Shown here: positions 39,035-46,856 of the stretch, one piece after another
Numbering within the stretch: position 1 is the first letter of the stretch
Layout: each line of letters starts with the position of its first letter
Source: a virus
Lineage: Duplodnaviria; Caudoviricetes
DNA: 59,924 nt
Reading direction: 5' to 3' (one strand)
IMG/VR virus record: IMGVR_UViG_3300035682_000040
Coordinates: 1-59,924 of that record
Program-made: the position numbers and the translations under genes
Notes under the pieces: model-generated
The model's input: the letters and a program-made list of their open reading frames with translations, nothing else
Told to the model about the DNA's origin: nothing
The model's database searches: none

Positions 39035-39382
39035 CTAATTCCCTACAGCTAAAAGTGCTTCAATTCTTAATATTTCAGTTAGTATAGTTTCTTTTTTCCA
39101 TAATCTAGTTGTTAATGGAAAACCTTTTGTACTGGTAGTTTTATTTCCAAAATTAGTATTACTTCTTACTAATCTTTTAAAATCATTTTTAGGAAAATGA
39201 CCTTTTGCTAATCTTAAATTCAACGCACTACTTGTAAATCCAAAAATGTCACAAATATCTTTTACTCTAATAGGAGAATTAGAAGCTACCGTCTTTAACC
39301 AATCATAGTTAGATGGTTTACGGTAATTAAAATTATTTGCTCCAGCATTATCACCAATTTTAAAAGTCATATAGAATTCCAT
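39035..39382 (-). CDS. AlpA-like HTH protein
   Basis: KDIC.IFG.T.S.L.......HFPK....LW. Confidence 0.5.
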   Translation of the reverse strand: MEFYMTFKIGDNAGANNFNYRKPSNYDWLKTVASNSPIRVKDICDIFGFTSSALNLRLAKGHFPKNDFKRLVRSNTNFGNKTTSTKGFPLTTRLWKKETILTEILRIEALLAVGN

Positions 39383-39426
39383 TAGTTAATTAAAAAGTTC
39401 TGACGTATTAATTATCCCGTACATTC

Positions 39427-39564
39427 AAGCCACTGGGGTTCACTCCAAATAATAAGCATGATAAAGCCTGCCGTCCTTATTACTAGAGCATTAATACTAT
39501 TTCAAGCTGTCAGAGTAGCCTTAAGCGTCCTTGCAGGCAATATATCCTGAGGAGTAGTGGCTCC
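39427..39564 (-). ncRNA. Candidate structured non-coding RNA
   Basis: Three nested complementary segments in an ORF-free gap (see findings). Confidence 0.4.
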
Positions 39565-39578
39565 GGCAATCAAATTAG

Positions 39579-39830
39579 TTAATCGTAATCTCGGTCAACA
39601 TCGTTATGACTATTCGAGATTTGTTCTTCAATACTGGCTAAACATTCCTCATTCAACACAAGGATTAAATCTACTTCACCACACATTACTGATAGGATTT
39701 CAATTACTTCACATGAATCAGGGTAACTACCGTCCCAAGGACCTGAATAAATTCCTATTGTGGCAGCTTCAAAATTATACTCGACTTCCATGTCAAATCC
39801 TGCAACAACGCACTCCGTTATGAGGCTCAT
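39579..39830 (-). CDS. Acidic hypothetical protein
   Basis: ATGA-coupled ORF. Confidence 0.65.
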   Translation of the reverse strand: MSLITECVVAGFDMEVEYNFEAATIGIYSGPWDGSYPDSCEVIEILSVMCGEVDLILVLNEECLASIEEQISNSHNDVDRDYD

Positions 39831-40054
39831 TTCTCATAACCTATATCTTGGTTTTGGAATGAAGCCTTGTTTGTGGGTAGCTCCAATACTTCAAAAATGT
39901 GGGAACCTTTGTTATCATGGTCGTCTATGATAAAAGTTCCACTACGAGTCTTGTGCAGTTTAAAACTTTTGTCATCTTGCATAAACTTAGCTCCAATAAC
40001 AAAACCAATTATAAGACCTATTAATAATACAGCTAAAACATTTTTCTTATCCAT
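39827..40054 (-). CDS. Membrane-anchored hypothetical protein
   Basis: N-terminal TM helix; GGGG RBS. Confidence 0.65.
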   Translation of the reverse strand: MDKKNVLAVLLIGLIIGFVIGAKFMQDDKSFKLHKTRSGTFIIDDHDNKGSHIFEVLELPTNKASFQNQDIGYEK

Positions 40055-40064
40055 TTTATTCCCC

Positions 40065-40316
40065 TTAGTATGATATTACACGAACAATTTGATCTGTATA
40101 AGCCCAACGACCATCGCCAGACTTATCAATGTAATCAATGACATTTCTACCATTCTTACCTTCTTCAGTAAATCCAGTTAAGGTAACTACTTCTGGTGCA
40201 TCGCCACCGAAACCTGATCTAACCACAACAACTGAACCTTGTCCAAGGCGTTCCTCATCCACATTTATTTTGGTAGCTGACTGATTAGACATTAAAGCAT
40301 TTAATAACATATTCAT
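40065..40316 (-). CDS. Hypothetical protein
   Basis: AGGAG RBS. Confidence 0.7.
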   Translation of the reverse strand: MNMLLNALMSNQSATKINVDEERLGQGSVVVVRSGFGGDAPEVVTLTGFTEEGKNGRNVIDYIDKSGDGRWAYTDQIVRVISY

Positions 40317-40331
40317 CTTAGTTCTCCTAAA

Positions 40332-40631
40332 TCAAAAATAATTTCTACGCCATTCACAAAAGTCATCATCTTCAGGATGAGCGTACATACCACCCTCTTC
40401 ACCTAAGTAACAGAACCCGTTGTAGCAATTCTGGTCGTGAAGCAAGTCTTCTAACATCACGTTAGCACCTTCTGCCATACCAATCCATCGGTCTTCTGAT
40501 TGCCTAATCCAACTGGCAACTTGTTCAGGTCTTTCACGCTTATCCTTAAGCCTGTCACTACAGTGACGGATAAAATCACGGTGGCGTTCTAACGCTTTTA
40601 CTACTACTTTAGTTGGATTCTTTCTAGCCAT
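40332..40631 (-). CDS. Hypothetical protein
   Basis: AGGGG RBS; first gene after the 40677-40705 promoter. Confidence 0.7.
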   Translation of the reverse strand: MARKNPTKVVVKALERHRDFIRHCSDRLKDKRERPEQVASWIRQSEDRWIGMAEGANVMLEDLLHDQNCYNGFCYLGEEGGMYAHPEDDDFCEWRRNYF

Positions 40632-40676
40632 GCTGTTCCCCTTTTGTTAAGATAATTTAATTTTTACTACAGCTAT

Positions 40677-40725
40677 AATATACCATGTAAATTTAACGCT
40701 TGCAAGTTTTATTTTACAAGCGTTA
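40677..40725 (-). promoter_or_regulatory. sigma70-type promoter overlapped by an inverted pair of boxes
   Basis: TTGCAA-N17-TATATT with TGn; TAACGCTTGCAA-N8-TTACAAGCGTTA at 40694-40725. Confidence 0.7.
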
Positions 40726-40736
40726 TCTTTATAATT

Positions 40737-40931
40737 CTACATATTTTCTATGTATTTGGTAAGAGTAGCAAAAGTTACTGCTCTAGGAGTACCGATTCGC
40801 AATCCTAACATTCGGCAAGCTGTCTTATTAGCTGAAGTTCTAAACTTCAAACCTTTCATTTCTAAACCTAGCGCACTTCTAATAGCTGAAAGTCTATACT
40901 TTTCAATTTGTTCTGGTGTATTTAAAATCAT
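40737..40931 (-). CDS. Hypothetical protein
   Basis: L.LEMKGLK motif; GAGGGG RBS. Confidence 0.65.
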   Translation of the reverse strand: MILNTPEQIEKYRLSAIRSALGLEMKGLKFRTSANKTACRMLGLRIGTPRAVTFATLTKYIENM

Positions 40932-40941
40932 TTTATTCCCC

Positions 40942-41229
40942 TCATCCTAAAAACTTAACAGCATCAAAAAAACCTTGTCGGTAACTATCCTCATCAACTG
41001 GATACCAACCATTGATAATGGCGTTAGATAGGCAAGTATCAATGGCATCATTACTTAAAAATTCTCTTTTTTGTAAAACATATTCTTGAATAATCAACTC
41101 GGCAAATTTTTCTAAATCAACTTTAGATATATCATAATCTCCATCAATATTCCATACTTCACACTTGTCAGCAAGTTCTGCAATTTTCTCTTTTATTTCC
41201 AAAGTCAATAAATCTAAATTAGACATCAT
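40942..41229 (-). CDS. Small phage protein with LEKFAELIIQE motif
   Basis: TAATG coupling. Confidence 0.65.
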   Translation of the reverse strand: MMSNLDLLTLEIKEKIAELADKCEVWNIDGDYDISKVDLEKFAELIIQEYVLQKREFLSNDAIDTCLSNAIINGWYPVDEDSYRQGFFDAVKFLG

Positions 41230-41489
41230 TACACGTCCATCCCATGATTAACTATTACAATTAATTGATCTTCAGAATTACCTTTGCGAAACATAGTTAC
41301 AGAATTACAAAAGTAAAGACCGTTGTTATAACAATGTTCTTCTTCAAAATACTCTTTGTACTCGGCTAATTCTTCATCAAGAATATTTTCATTTAGGTTT
41401 GTGACAAGAAGCCATTCATAAGTATAAAAATCTTCTTGAACATTACCAATCTTGGTATATTTTAAATCGCTATTTTTCTCAAACATCAT
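41229..41489 (-). CDS. Acidic hypothetical protein
   Basis: ORF 41229..41504 with uncertain start; GAGG precedes the internal ATGs. Confidence 0.6.
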   Translation of the reverse strand: MMFEKNSDLKYTKIGNVQEDFYTYEWLLVTNLNENILDEELAEYKEYFEEEHCYNNGLYFCNSVTMFRKGNSEDQLIVIVNHGMDV

Positions 41490-41820
41490 CTTCATCCTCA
41501 TCAACAGTATCTAAACCAAAGAATATGTAGCAAGGTTCCCACATATCTACTTCATCTTCAGGGCAAACTTCAATAGAATTATCTAACACAACCGTCATGT
41601 CCTCAACACCCTCAAACAAAACTTCTACAGCCAGTTTATAAGCATCATCATCTAAATCTTCAATATGCTCAGTTGACCAAGACACGTCCAACAGCATGTC
41701 TTTTATGTCTTGATAAGTAGTAGCACCTTCAACAATAACTTGGACTACATCATTGTGGTAGCCACGGAAGTAATCACCTGTGCAGGTATCTAAATGATGC
41801 AGGAAGTATTTCTTTTTCAT
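41479..41820 (-). CDS. Highly acidic hypothetical protein
   Basis: AGGAG RBS; D/E-rich. Confidence 0.7.
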   Translation of the reverse strand: MKKKYFLHHLDTCTGDYFRGYHNDVVQVIVEGATTYQDIKDMLLDVSWSTEHIEDLDDDAYKLAVEVLFEGVEDMTVVLDNSIEVCPEDEVDMWEPCYIFFGLDTVDEDEDDV

Positions 41821-41889
41821 TTGTAACTCCTATTAATTAATGATAACGAATGTCATCCACATAGGCACTGTTTCCAATGCCTATGAAGA

Positions 41890-42114
41890 TTAATCAGCGT
41901 TAGGAAAAACTACGAAACTTTTTCTTAATTTAGCATACCGGAATATAATGCCACTAAACTTTGGGCATGGTGATCCCTCGCTAAGGTCACGTTTAGAAAC
42001 ATAACAACCCTCAGGAACCAGTCTGAAATCTTTACCATCTTCCCAGTCAGCTAAAACACTAGCTTTAGATTTGTAGTCACGACCATAAGCCGGAATTAAA
42101 TGTAAGTCTCTCAT
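41890..42114 (-). CDS. Hypothetical protein with PAYGRDYKS motif
   Basis: GAGG RBS; ATGA overlap. Confidence 0.7.
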   Translation of the reverse strand: MRDLHLIPAYGRDYKSKASVLADWEDGKDFRLVPEGCYVSKRDLSEGSPCPKFSGIIFRYAKLRKSFVVFPNAD

Positions 42115-42314
42115 TTTGTTTCCTCAAGTGGTGCTAGAATTATCCAACCTTTGTTCAACAGTTCTGATATAGCCTCATACGCATCCCCATTTTTAATTTT
42201 AGGATTAGCATCAATAATTTCTACTACTTTATTGTGGTTAAACGCTTTTTCCCAAGTATTAAAACGTCTACCGTCCGTACCCTCGTACAATCTTACTTCT
42301 TTTATATCACTCAT
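42111..42314 (-). CDS. Hypothetical protein (likely start MSDIKE)
   Basis: AGGAG RBS before the internal ATG. Confidence 0.65.
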   Translation of the reverse strand: MSDIKEVRLYEGTDGRRFNTWEKAFNHNKVVEIIDANPKIKNGDAYEAISELLNKGWIILAPLEETK

Positions 42315-42316
42315 TT

Positions 42317-42643
42317 TTATTCTCCTAATTTTATAAAAAACCAACGATCTGCACATGAATCAAATTGCTCAGGATTAAAATACATATTTAATTCTGTAGC
42401 ATAGGTAGCCACATTATAAGTAGCTACATAAGTATCTGGACAAACATCAAATAACTCAAGAATAGGATAATCATTTACGTCTAGAAACAACATACCTTTA
42501 TTTACTTCATCATGGACAATACTTCGAACTCGATAGAATTCTTTATCATCATATCTTTCAACATAAAGATTCTTAGGTGTCACTTCATAGACATTCGCTA
42601 AGTGTAAAGCTGGGATCATTTTAATATTTCTAAGATCAATCAT
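42317..42643 (-). CDS. Hypothetical protein
   Basis: TAATG coupling with the upstream ORF. Confidence 0.65.
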   Translation of the reverse strand: MIDLRNIKMIPALHLANVYEVTPKNLYVERYDDKEFYRVRSIVHDEVNKGMLFLDVNDYPILELFDVCPDTYVATYNVATYATELNMYFNPEQFDSCADRWFFIKLGE

Positions 42644-42873
42644 TACCATTCCTCATTTAAATTAGTTTCAACAATAAATCCATTTTCAACCAGACCACAT
42701 TCACAAACGAACTTAGTCCATTCGCCTGGATTCTTAGGGTCAACCCAATCCGCAGTACACCATTTTTTGTGGCAACCTTGGAACGCATCAGTTTGAGCCT
42801 TTGCTTTTTCCATAGTATCAAAGACACCATGATTACTTTGACCTGTAAAGGACATTGCGATAAACATCTTCAT
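42643..42873 (-). CDS. Hypothetical protein
   Basis: AAGGAG RBS. Confidence 0.65.
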   Translation of the reverse strand: MKMFIAMSFTGQSNHGVFDTMEKAKAQTDAFQGCHKKWCTADWVDPKNPGEWTKFVCECGLVENGFIVETNLNEEW

Positions 42874-42878
42874 TTTTG

Positions 42879-43100
42879 TTACTCCTTATTTATTTTAATT
42901 AACTCATCTTCCCAATATTCAATATCGTTCATCAATTCTAAGATATATAGTGAAGCATCAATATCAAGAGCAATGGAACGATTATTATTATTTATTATTT
43001 CTTGATATATTTCAGTATCAAGATTAAGTGGAAAAATTTCAGCATCGAGAAGGGTACATAAAGTTACTATTTTAGATTTTACTACGTCAATTCTTTTCAT
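42879..43100 (-). CDS. Hypothetical protein
   Basis: GGAG RBS. Confidence 0.65.
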   Translation of the reverse strand: MKRIDVVKSKIVTLCTLLDAEIFPLNLDTEIYQEIINNNNRSIALDIDASLYILELMNDIEYWEDELIKINKE

Positions 43101-43142
43101 TTTATTACTCCAAAAAATTAAGCCGTCCTTGGCGATTAGATA

Positions 43143-43304
43143 TTAACCTACTTTACGAGTTATTTCATCAACCCAGAATTTATTTATTAAAGAGTTGATA
43201 GATAGATACTCAGCACCATTCACTTTTAAAGTAGACAGATGCTGTGTTAAAGACCTAATGTACTTTGTACGAGCTGGGCTTAGATAATTTTTATTCGCTT
43301 TCAT
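43143..43304 (-). CDS. Hypothetical protein (likely start MKANKN)
   Basis: GAGG RBS; downstream of the 43352-43386 promoter. Confidence 0.55.
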   Translation of the reverse strand: MKANKNYLSPARTKYIRSLTQHLSTLKVNGAEYLSINSLINKFWVDEITRKVG

Positions 43305-43351
43305 ATAGATAAACCTCATATTTGGACACATAAGCAACATTGCTTAGGGTT

Positions 43352-43386
43352 ATATTACACTTGTTATATATACATTACAAGCGTTA
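43352..43386 (-). promoter_or_regulatory. sigma70-type promoter with an inverted box pair
   Basis: TTGTAA-N17-TAATAT; TTACACTTGTTA-N8-TTACAAGCGTTA. Confidence 0.7.
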
Positions 43387-43483
43387 TTTTAACTTATTTT
43401 ATGCTAGAGGTTGAATAATAATTGGGATAGGCAAGCTGGTAGTAGGCTAATGGGATAAAAAGCCTACCACAGCTAAAAATGGG

Positions 43484-43777
43484 CTAAGAACGGGCGTGTT
43501 TGCGTAAAGGTTTAGGGACAGGGTTAAACTTACGGGATAACAACAGGACTTCTTGTACTTTATTGAAGTTTATCCCGAACTCGGACTTCAGCCATCCGTC
43601 AATGTCAGACTTAAGATATGAGATACCTCGTCTACCTGATATTGAAGAAGGGACTTGTGTTGGAGCATCGGGGTTAGACAAGTATTTGCGGACATAGTGT
43701 TCCGACCTACCAATGTAAGTCATTATGTCTACTATGGATAAGTATTCGTCAGATGTCGGTGTCATTGTCGTTTTCAA
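43484..43777 (-). CDS. HTH DNA-binding protein (excisionase/AlpA-like)
   Basis: YLSI.DI..YIGRS...VR.Y....P.....Y.KSDID.WL. Confidence 0.65.
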   Translation of the reverse strand: MKTTMTPTSDEYLSIVDIMTYIGRSEHYVRKYLSNPDAPTQVPSSISGRRGISYLKSDIDGWLKSEFGINFNKVQEVLLLSRKFNPVPKPLRKHARS

Positions 43778-43876
43778 GATGTGTTGATACTAGGTTGCAG
43801 AATTGAATGACCACAATTACTGAGAAGATTAGTAGAAGTGTGGGTACAAGGAGCAAGGAATAGATTATTGTACGTA

Positions 43877-44245
43877 TCATCGGTAACTATCCATTTCTTT
43901 ACGAGCTTGTAGAACTTCATAATCTAATTCAGCTACTATTTGCTTGCGTCTTGTAGTAGCATCACGCCATTTAGATTTAGCTTGTTCAAAAGGATTTTCA
44001 ACTAATGTATATTTAATTGGATTATTTAAATCAGTTAATTCATATCCTTTAGCTCTCATGTTAGCTCGCCATTCAGCGTGTGGATGATTTGCTTCAAGAT
44101 CAGTTTCAGTTTCAGGTTCAGGTTCTATTTCAGGTTCAGATTGAAGTGTGGATGTGTATTCAGGGATAACCACATTATCAGGTAACTCGATTGAATTAAG
44201 ATCGTTTATTGCTCCGGGTGTGAAGTCAAGATTTAAGAGTGCCAT
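43877..44245 (-). CDS. Hypothetical protein
   Basis: 122 aa ORF with AAGG RBS. Confidence 0.65.
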   Translation of the reverse strand: MALLNLDFTPGAINDLNSIELPDNVVIPEYTSTLQSEPEIEPEPETETDLEANHPHAEWRANMRAKGYELTDLNNPIKYTLVENPFEQAKSKWRDATTRRKQIVAELDYEVLQARKEMDSYR

Positions 44246-44279
44246 TTTGATACCTTATTAGAATTTTAGTGAGTTGATA

Positions 44280-44600
44280 CTATACCATAAAAACATTTTA
44301 TAGTAAAGTATAAAGTATAAAAGAAAACTATTTACTATAAAAGAAAAAGAAAACATAGTTATAGAAAGTATAGCGAATAATATAAATACACAAAATAACT
44401 TTTCTTTTAATGTTTAATGTTTTCTTTTACTATAAAATAAAATACTACTTAGGTATATACTTATGGACCTATCAAATGCTGGGCTCCAAAGCCAAACTTG
44501 CTTACCAGCTACTATAGAAAGTAGCCTGAGTTATAGATCTTCAACACTTTACTATAAACATTTTTCTTTTACTATAAAATGTTTTCTTTTAGTTGCGTTA
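44280..44600. repeat. Very AT-rich intergenic region with five TTTACTATAAA iteron-like repeats (candidate origin)
   Basis: Direct copies at 44331, 44426, 44548 and 44568; inverted copy at 44297-44307. Confidence 0.6.
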
Positions 44601-44626
44601 TAAAAGTTATAGAGTTATATAATTAC

Positions 44627-44655
44627 TTGTTTTTATGCTTAACAAGTGTTAAAAT
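44627..44655 (+). promoter_or_regulatory. sigma70-type promoter for the isolated plus-strand unit, with a box over the spacer/-10
   Basis: TTGTTT-N17-TAAAAT with TGn; TAACAAGTGTTA at 44640-44651. Confidence 0.55.
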
Positions 44656-44705
44656 GGTTTTGAGGGTAAAAACTCAATTCTATAACTTTAATTCTGAGGT
44701 GTAAA

Positions 44706-45041
44706 ATGAAAAAATCTGTATCTAAATATGAATTTATGGGCGATTCTGCATTAACTGACAACTTTTCTTACAATGGTTTAGATGCTTTATTCGAGTGGTT
44801 TGAGGAATATGAAGATAGTTGTGGTGAGCAAATCGAATATGATCCTGTGGCTATACGATTAGATTTCACAGAGTTTGCAAGCATAGAGGAAATATCTAAT
44901 TACTATACTGAGATTCCACTTCCACCAGAAGAACTGGATGAAGACGATGAAACTGATTATGATGAAGAAGCATTAGAATGGCTCCGAGATCGTACTTCGG
45001 TGATAGTGTTCGAGGGTGGAATAATATTGCAGGACTTCTAA
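44706..45041 (+). CDS. Highly acidic protein (candidate DNA mimic)
   Basis: GAGGTG RBS; about 32 D/E versus 6 K/R in 111 aa. Confidence 0.75.
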   Translation: MKKSVSKYEFMGDSALTDNFSYNGLDALFEWFEEYEDSCGEQIEYDPVAIRLDFTEFASIEEISNYYTEIPLPPEELDEDDETDYDEEALEWLRDRTSVIVFEGGIILQDF

Positions 45042-45169
45042 TGATTGTATTCTTGACATTGATATTCATTCTTGTGGTTATGTACACATTAAGAATAATG
45101 GTAATGGTGTTCTTCGCAATAGTTTTCCCAGAACAGCAGAAACAAGTAACGCCAAGACGCAGAAGGTAA
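45041..45169 (+). CDS. Small membrane protein, 42 aa
   Basis: TAATG coupling; hydrophobic helix and RRRR tail. Confidence 0.55.
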   Translation: MIVFLTLIFILVVMYTLRIMVMVFFAIVFPEQQKQVTPRRRR

Positions 45170-45176
45170 TAGGCAC

Positions 45177-45209
45177 AAAAAAGCCCTCGATTAAGAGGGC
45201 TTTATTTTT
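45177..45209. terminator. Bidirectional intrinsic terminator
   Basis: AAAAAAGCCCTC-GATTAA-GAGGGCTTTATTTTT between convergent genes. Confidence 0.8.
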
Positions 45210-45423
45210 AAAGGACGTAGTTCTTTTCCTCAGGTGGTTCTGGTAAATCTTCCCCAAACTCAAGATCAGCGGCAACTCGGATTAGTTCCCGAAGCCTCGT
45301 TTTAATCTTGTACAGTTCAATACAAGACGCAGTATCGCCTTTTGCATCTAAGACTTCATTTACAAGCCAGAACTCATCAATGTGGTTAGTCCAAATTCTA
45401 ATATATTTTTCTTTAGCAGTCAT
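45208..45423 (-). CDS. Hypothetical protein (likely start MTAKEK)
   Basis: AAGGAG RBS. Confidence 0.65.
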   Translation of the reverse strand: MTAKEKYIRIWTNHIDEFWLVNEVLDAKGDTASCIELYKIKTRLRELIRVAADLEFGEDLPEPPEEKNYVL

Positions 45424-45424
45424 T

Positions 45425-45601
45425 CTATTCTCCTTCAACTAAGACTTGGGTTTCACCAAGCCACTCTTCGGTTATCTGCCATTTGGCAGATTGTTTTTTA
45501 GCAAGAGCAATCAATTCATGCAGATCGCCAATGGCGATGTCGAACCAGTCGCCTTCCATATTAAAGTATTCTTCGTTGATCCAGACCCATAATGTACACA
45601 T
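45425..45601 (-). CDS. Small hypothetical protein, 58 aa (MCTLWVWINEEYF...)
   Basis: Not in ORF track; AGGAG RBS; downstream of the TTGACA promoter. Confidence 0.7.
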   Translation of the reverse strand: MCTLWVWINEEYFNMEGDWFDIAIGDLHELIALAKKQSAKWQITEEWLGETQVLVEGE

Positions 45602-45651
45602 GTTTTACTCCTAGAAATGGTTAGGTTGGACACAATGCCCAACCAAGCTAT

Positions 45652-45680
45652 ATATTAACACACGTTAATGTTCTTGTCAA
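45652..45680 (-). promoter_or_regulatory. Strong sigma70-type early promoter
   Basis: TTGACA-N17-TAATAT with TGn. Confidence 0.75.
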
Positions 45681-45683
45681 TAT

Positions 45684-45869
45684 TTAAATTATCCGCAACG
45701 TCAAAAGCATCGGATACAGTTTGGTTCCAAGAGCATGGAATTCAAGTTCTGCAAGGTTGTTTTGGTCTAAACATTTAGCACTATCCAAAAGACGTAAGGC
45801 TTGCGCCTCAGTCATCTTGTCTTGGACGAACTCGGCAATCTCAATTAATTGTTCTAAATTGAATTTCAT
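45684..45869 (-). CDS. Hypothetical protein (likely start MKFNLEQL)
   Basis: AGGAG RBS before the internal ATG. Confidence 0.65.
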   Translation of the reverse strand: MKFNLEQLIEIAEFVQDKMTEAQALRLLDSAKCLDQNNLAELEFHALGTKLYPMLLTLRII

Positions 45870-45879
45870 TCTTATTCTC

Positions 45880-46008
45880 CTAAAATTGATAAAGATAAAC
45901 AGCAATGGTAGACAGAAATAGTGCAATAGAAAGAGCAGCCATTCCAACCTCAATAAGATTGAATAACTGTCTTTTTTGTGCAGACGGAAGGTTTTTGTAG
46001 TCTTTCAT
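45880..46008 (-). CDS. Small membrane protein, 42 aa (MKDYKNLPSAQ...)
   Basis: Not in ORF track; GGAG RBS; C-terminal TM helix. Confidence 0.6.
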   Translation of the reverse strand: MKDYKNLPSAQKRQLFNLIEVGMAALSIALFLSTIAVYLYQF

Positions 46009-46065
46009 TTTGTACTCCGATTAGACATAGCGATATTGCTATTTTATACAGTCTAAAATAAACCG

Positions 46066-46098
46066 TATAAAATAGCAGGGCAATCAAGCCCTGCTATT
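46066..46098 (-). terminator. Intrinsic terminator after the sigma54-driven gene
   Basis: Perfect 11-bp stem AATAGCAGGGC-N6-GCCCTGCTATT, followed by TTAT on the minus strand. Confidence 0.7.
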
Positions 46099-46106
46099 AT
46101 TAGCCC

Positions 46107-46577
46107 TTATGCAGTGTGGTTTTTTAACCACTTTTTGTAATTATTGATTTCAATACCAATATTGGCAACATTTACTGGCTTACCATTGGCACAATACAAA
46201 CCCATGCTATCAATAGCACCTATATACAGCTTAGTGACTGAAGTTTGAGTAATACCCAACTCAATGCAAGCTTGCCGAATCATATAACCGCTGGTGCCTG
46301 CTTTTAACTCACTATCGCCATAACCCTTGCTATTGCCAAAAGCATTCAGTTTTGATGCTTTTGGCTTATTAGGCGTTACAGTTGGTTTGATGCCATTCAT
46401 TTCATTTTGTGCCGCTTGAATGGCAAGTTCACGGTAGCTTGCCATGTCATTTGCAAGCTTAGTTGCCTTTACTGTATGGGCGTAAACAATAGCCCTTGTT
46501 TTAAGTGTTGGTAACTTGCCATTGATAACCAGTGGCAAGTTTACTGATTGAATTTTTTTAGTTGCTAATTTAGCCAT
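46107..46577 (-). CDS. Basic protein, putative DNA-binding regulator (156 aa from MAKLAT)
   Basis: AGGTG RBS; Lys-rich; C-domain resembles that of 29583..30089; first gene after the sigma54 promoter. Confidence 0.65.
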   Translation of the reverse strand: MAKLATKKIQSVNLPLVINGKLPTLKTRAIVYAHTVKATKLANDMASYRELAIQAAQNEMNGIKPTVTPNKPKASKLNAFGNSKGYGDSELKAGTSGYMIRQACIELGITQTSVTKLYIGAIDSMGLYCANGKPVNVANIGIEINNYKKWLKNHTA

Positions 46578-46633
46578 GATATACACCTATATATAATTGA
46601 TTGACACTAACACGCGTTAGCTACCTTAGGTAT

Positions 46634-46650
46634 AGCAATGACCATGCCAA
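46634..46650 (-). promoter_or_regulatory. sigma54 (RpoN) -24/-12 promoter
   Basis: TTGGCATGGTCATTGCT versus consensus TGGCACG-N4-TTGCW with exact GG-N10-GC spacing; predicted start about 46623. Confidence 0.85.
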
Positions 46651-46677
46651 CTATACCAAATATATTAATACCTTATT

Positions 46678-46856
46678 AATCAATTACTTATAATAACATA
46701 CTATCATACTAGGTTATTAGATTGCACCACATTAGTGCATATCACGCACCATAATAGTGCTTGTCACTGTAACATATTGATTTATATACATTAATTAATC
46801 ACCTCGTGCACCAAATCAGTGCAGGTTTTAACAATACCTTATTAATCAATCACTTA
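46678..46856. promoter_or_regulatory. Three IHF-consensus sites (WATCAANNNNTTR)
   Basis: AATCAATTACTTA (46678-46690), AATCAATATGTTA (minus strand, 46770-46782), AATCAATCACTTA (46844-46856). Confidence 0.75.
46723..46823. promoter_or_regulatory. Three NtrC-consensus enhancer sites
   Basis: TGCACCACATTAGTGCA (46723-46739), CGCACCATAATAGTGCT (46745-46761), TGCACCAAATCAGTGCA (46807-46823); consensus TGCACY-N5-RGTGCA. Confidence 0.8.

Noticed and set aside
39427-39564. Cobalamin riboswitch (GCCACTG) or hammerhead ribozyme (CTGA...GAAA)
   Set aside because: The other conserved elements (GGGAA boxes; CUGANGA core) are absent; kept only as an unclassified structured RNA candidate.
46601-46636. Plus-strand TTGACA as a sigma70 promoter opposing the sigma54 promoter
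   Set aside because: No acceptable -10 hexamer at 16-18 bp spacing.
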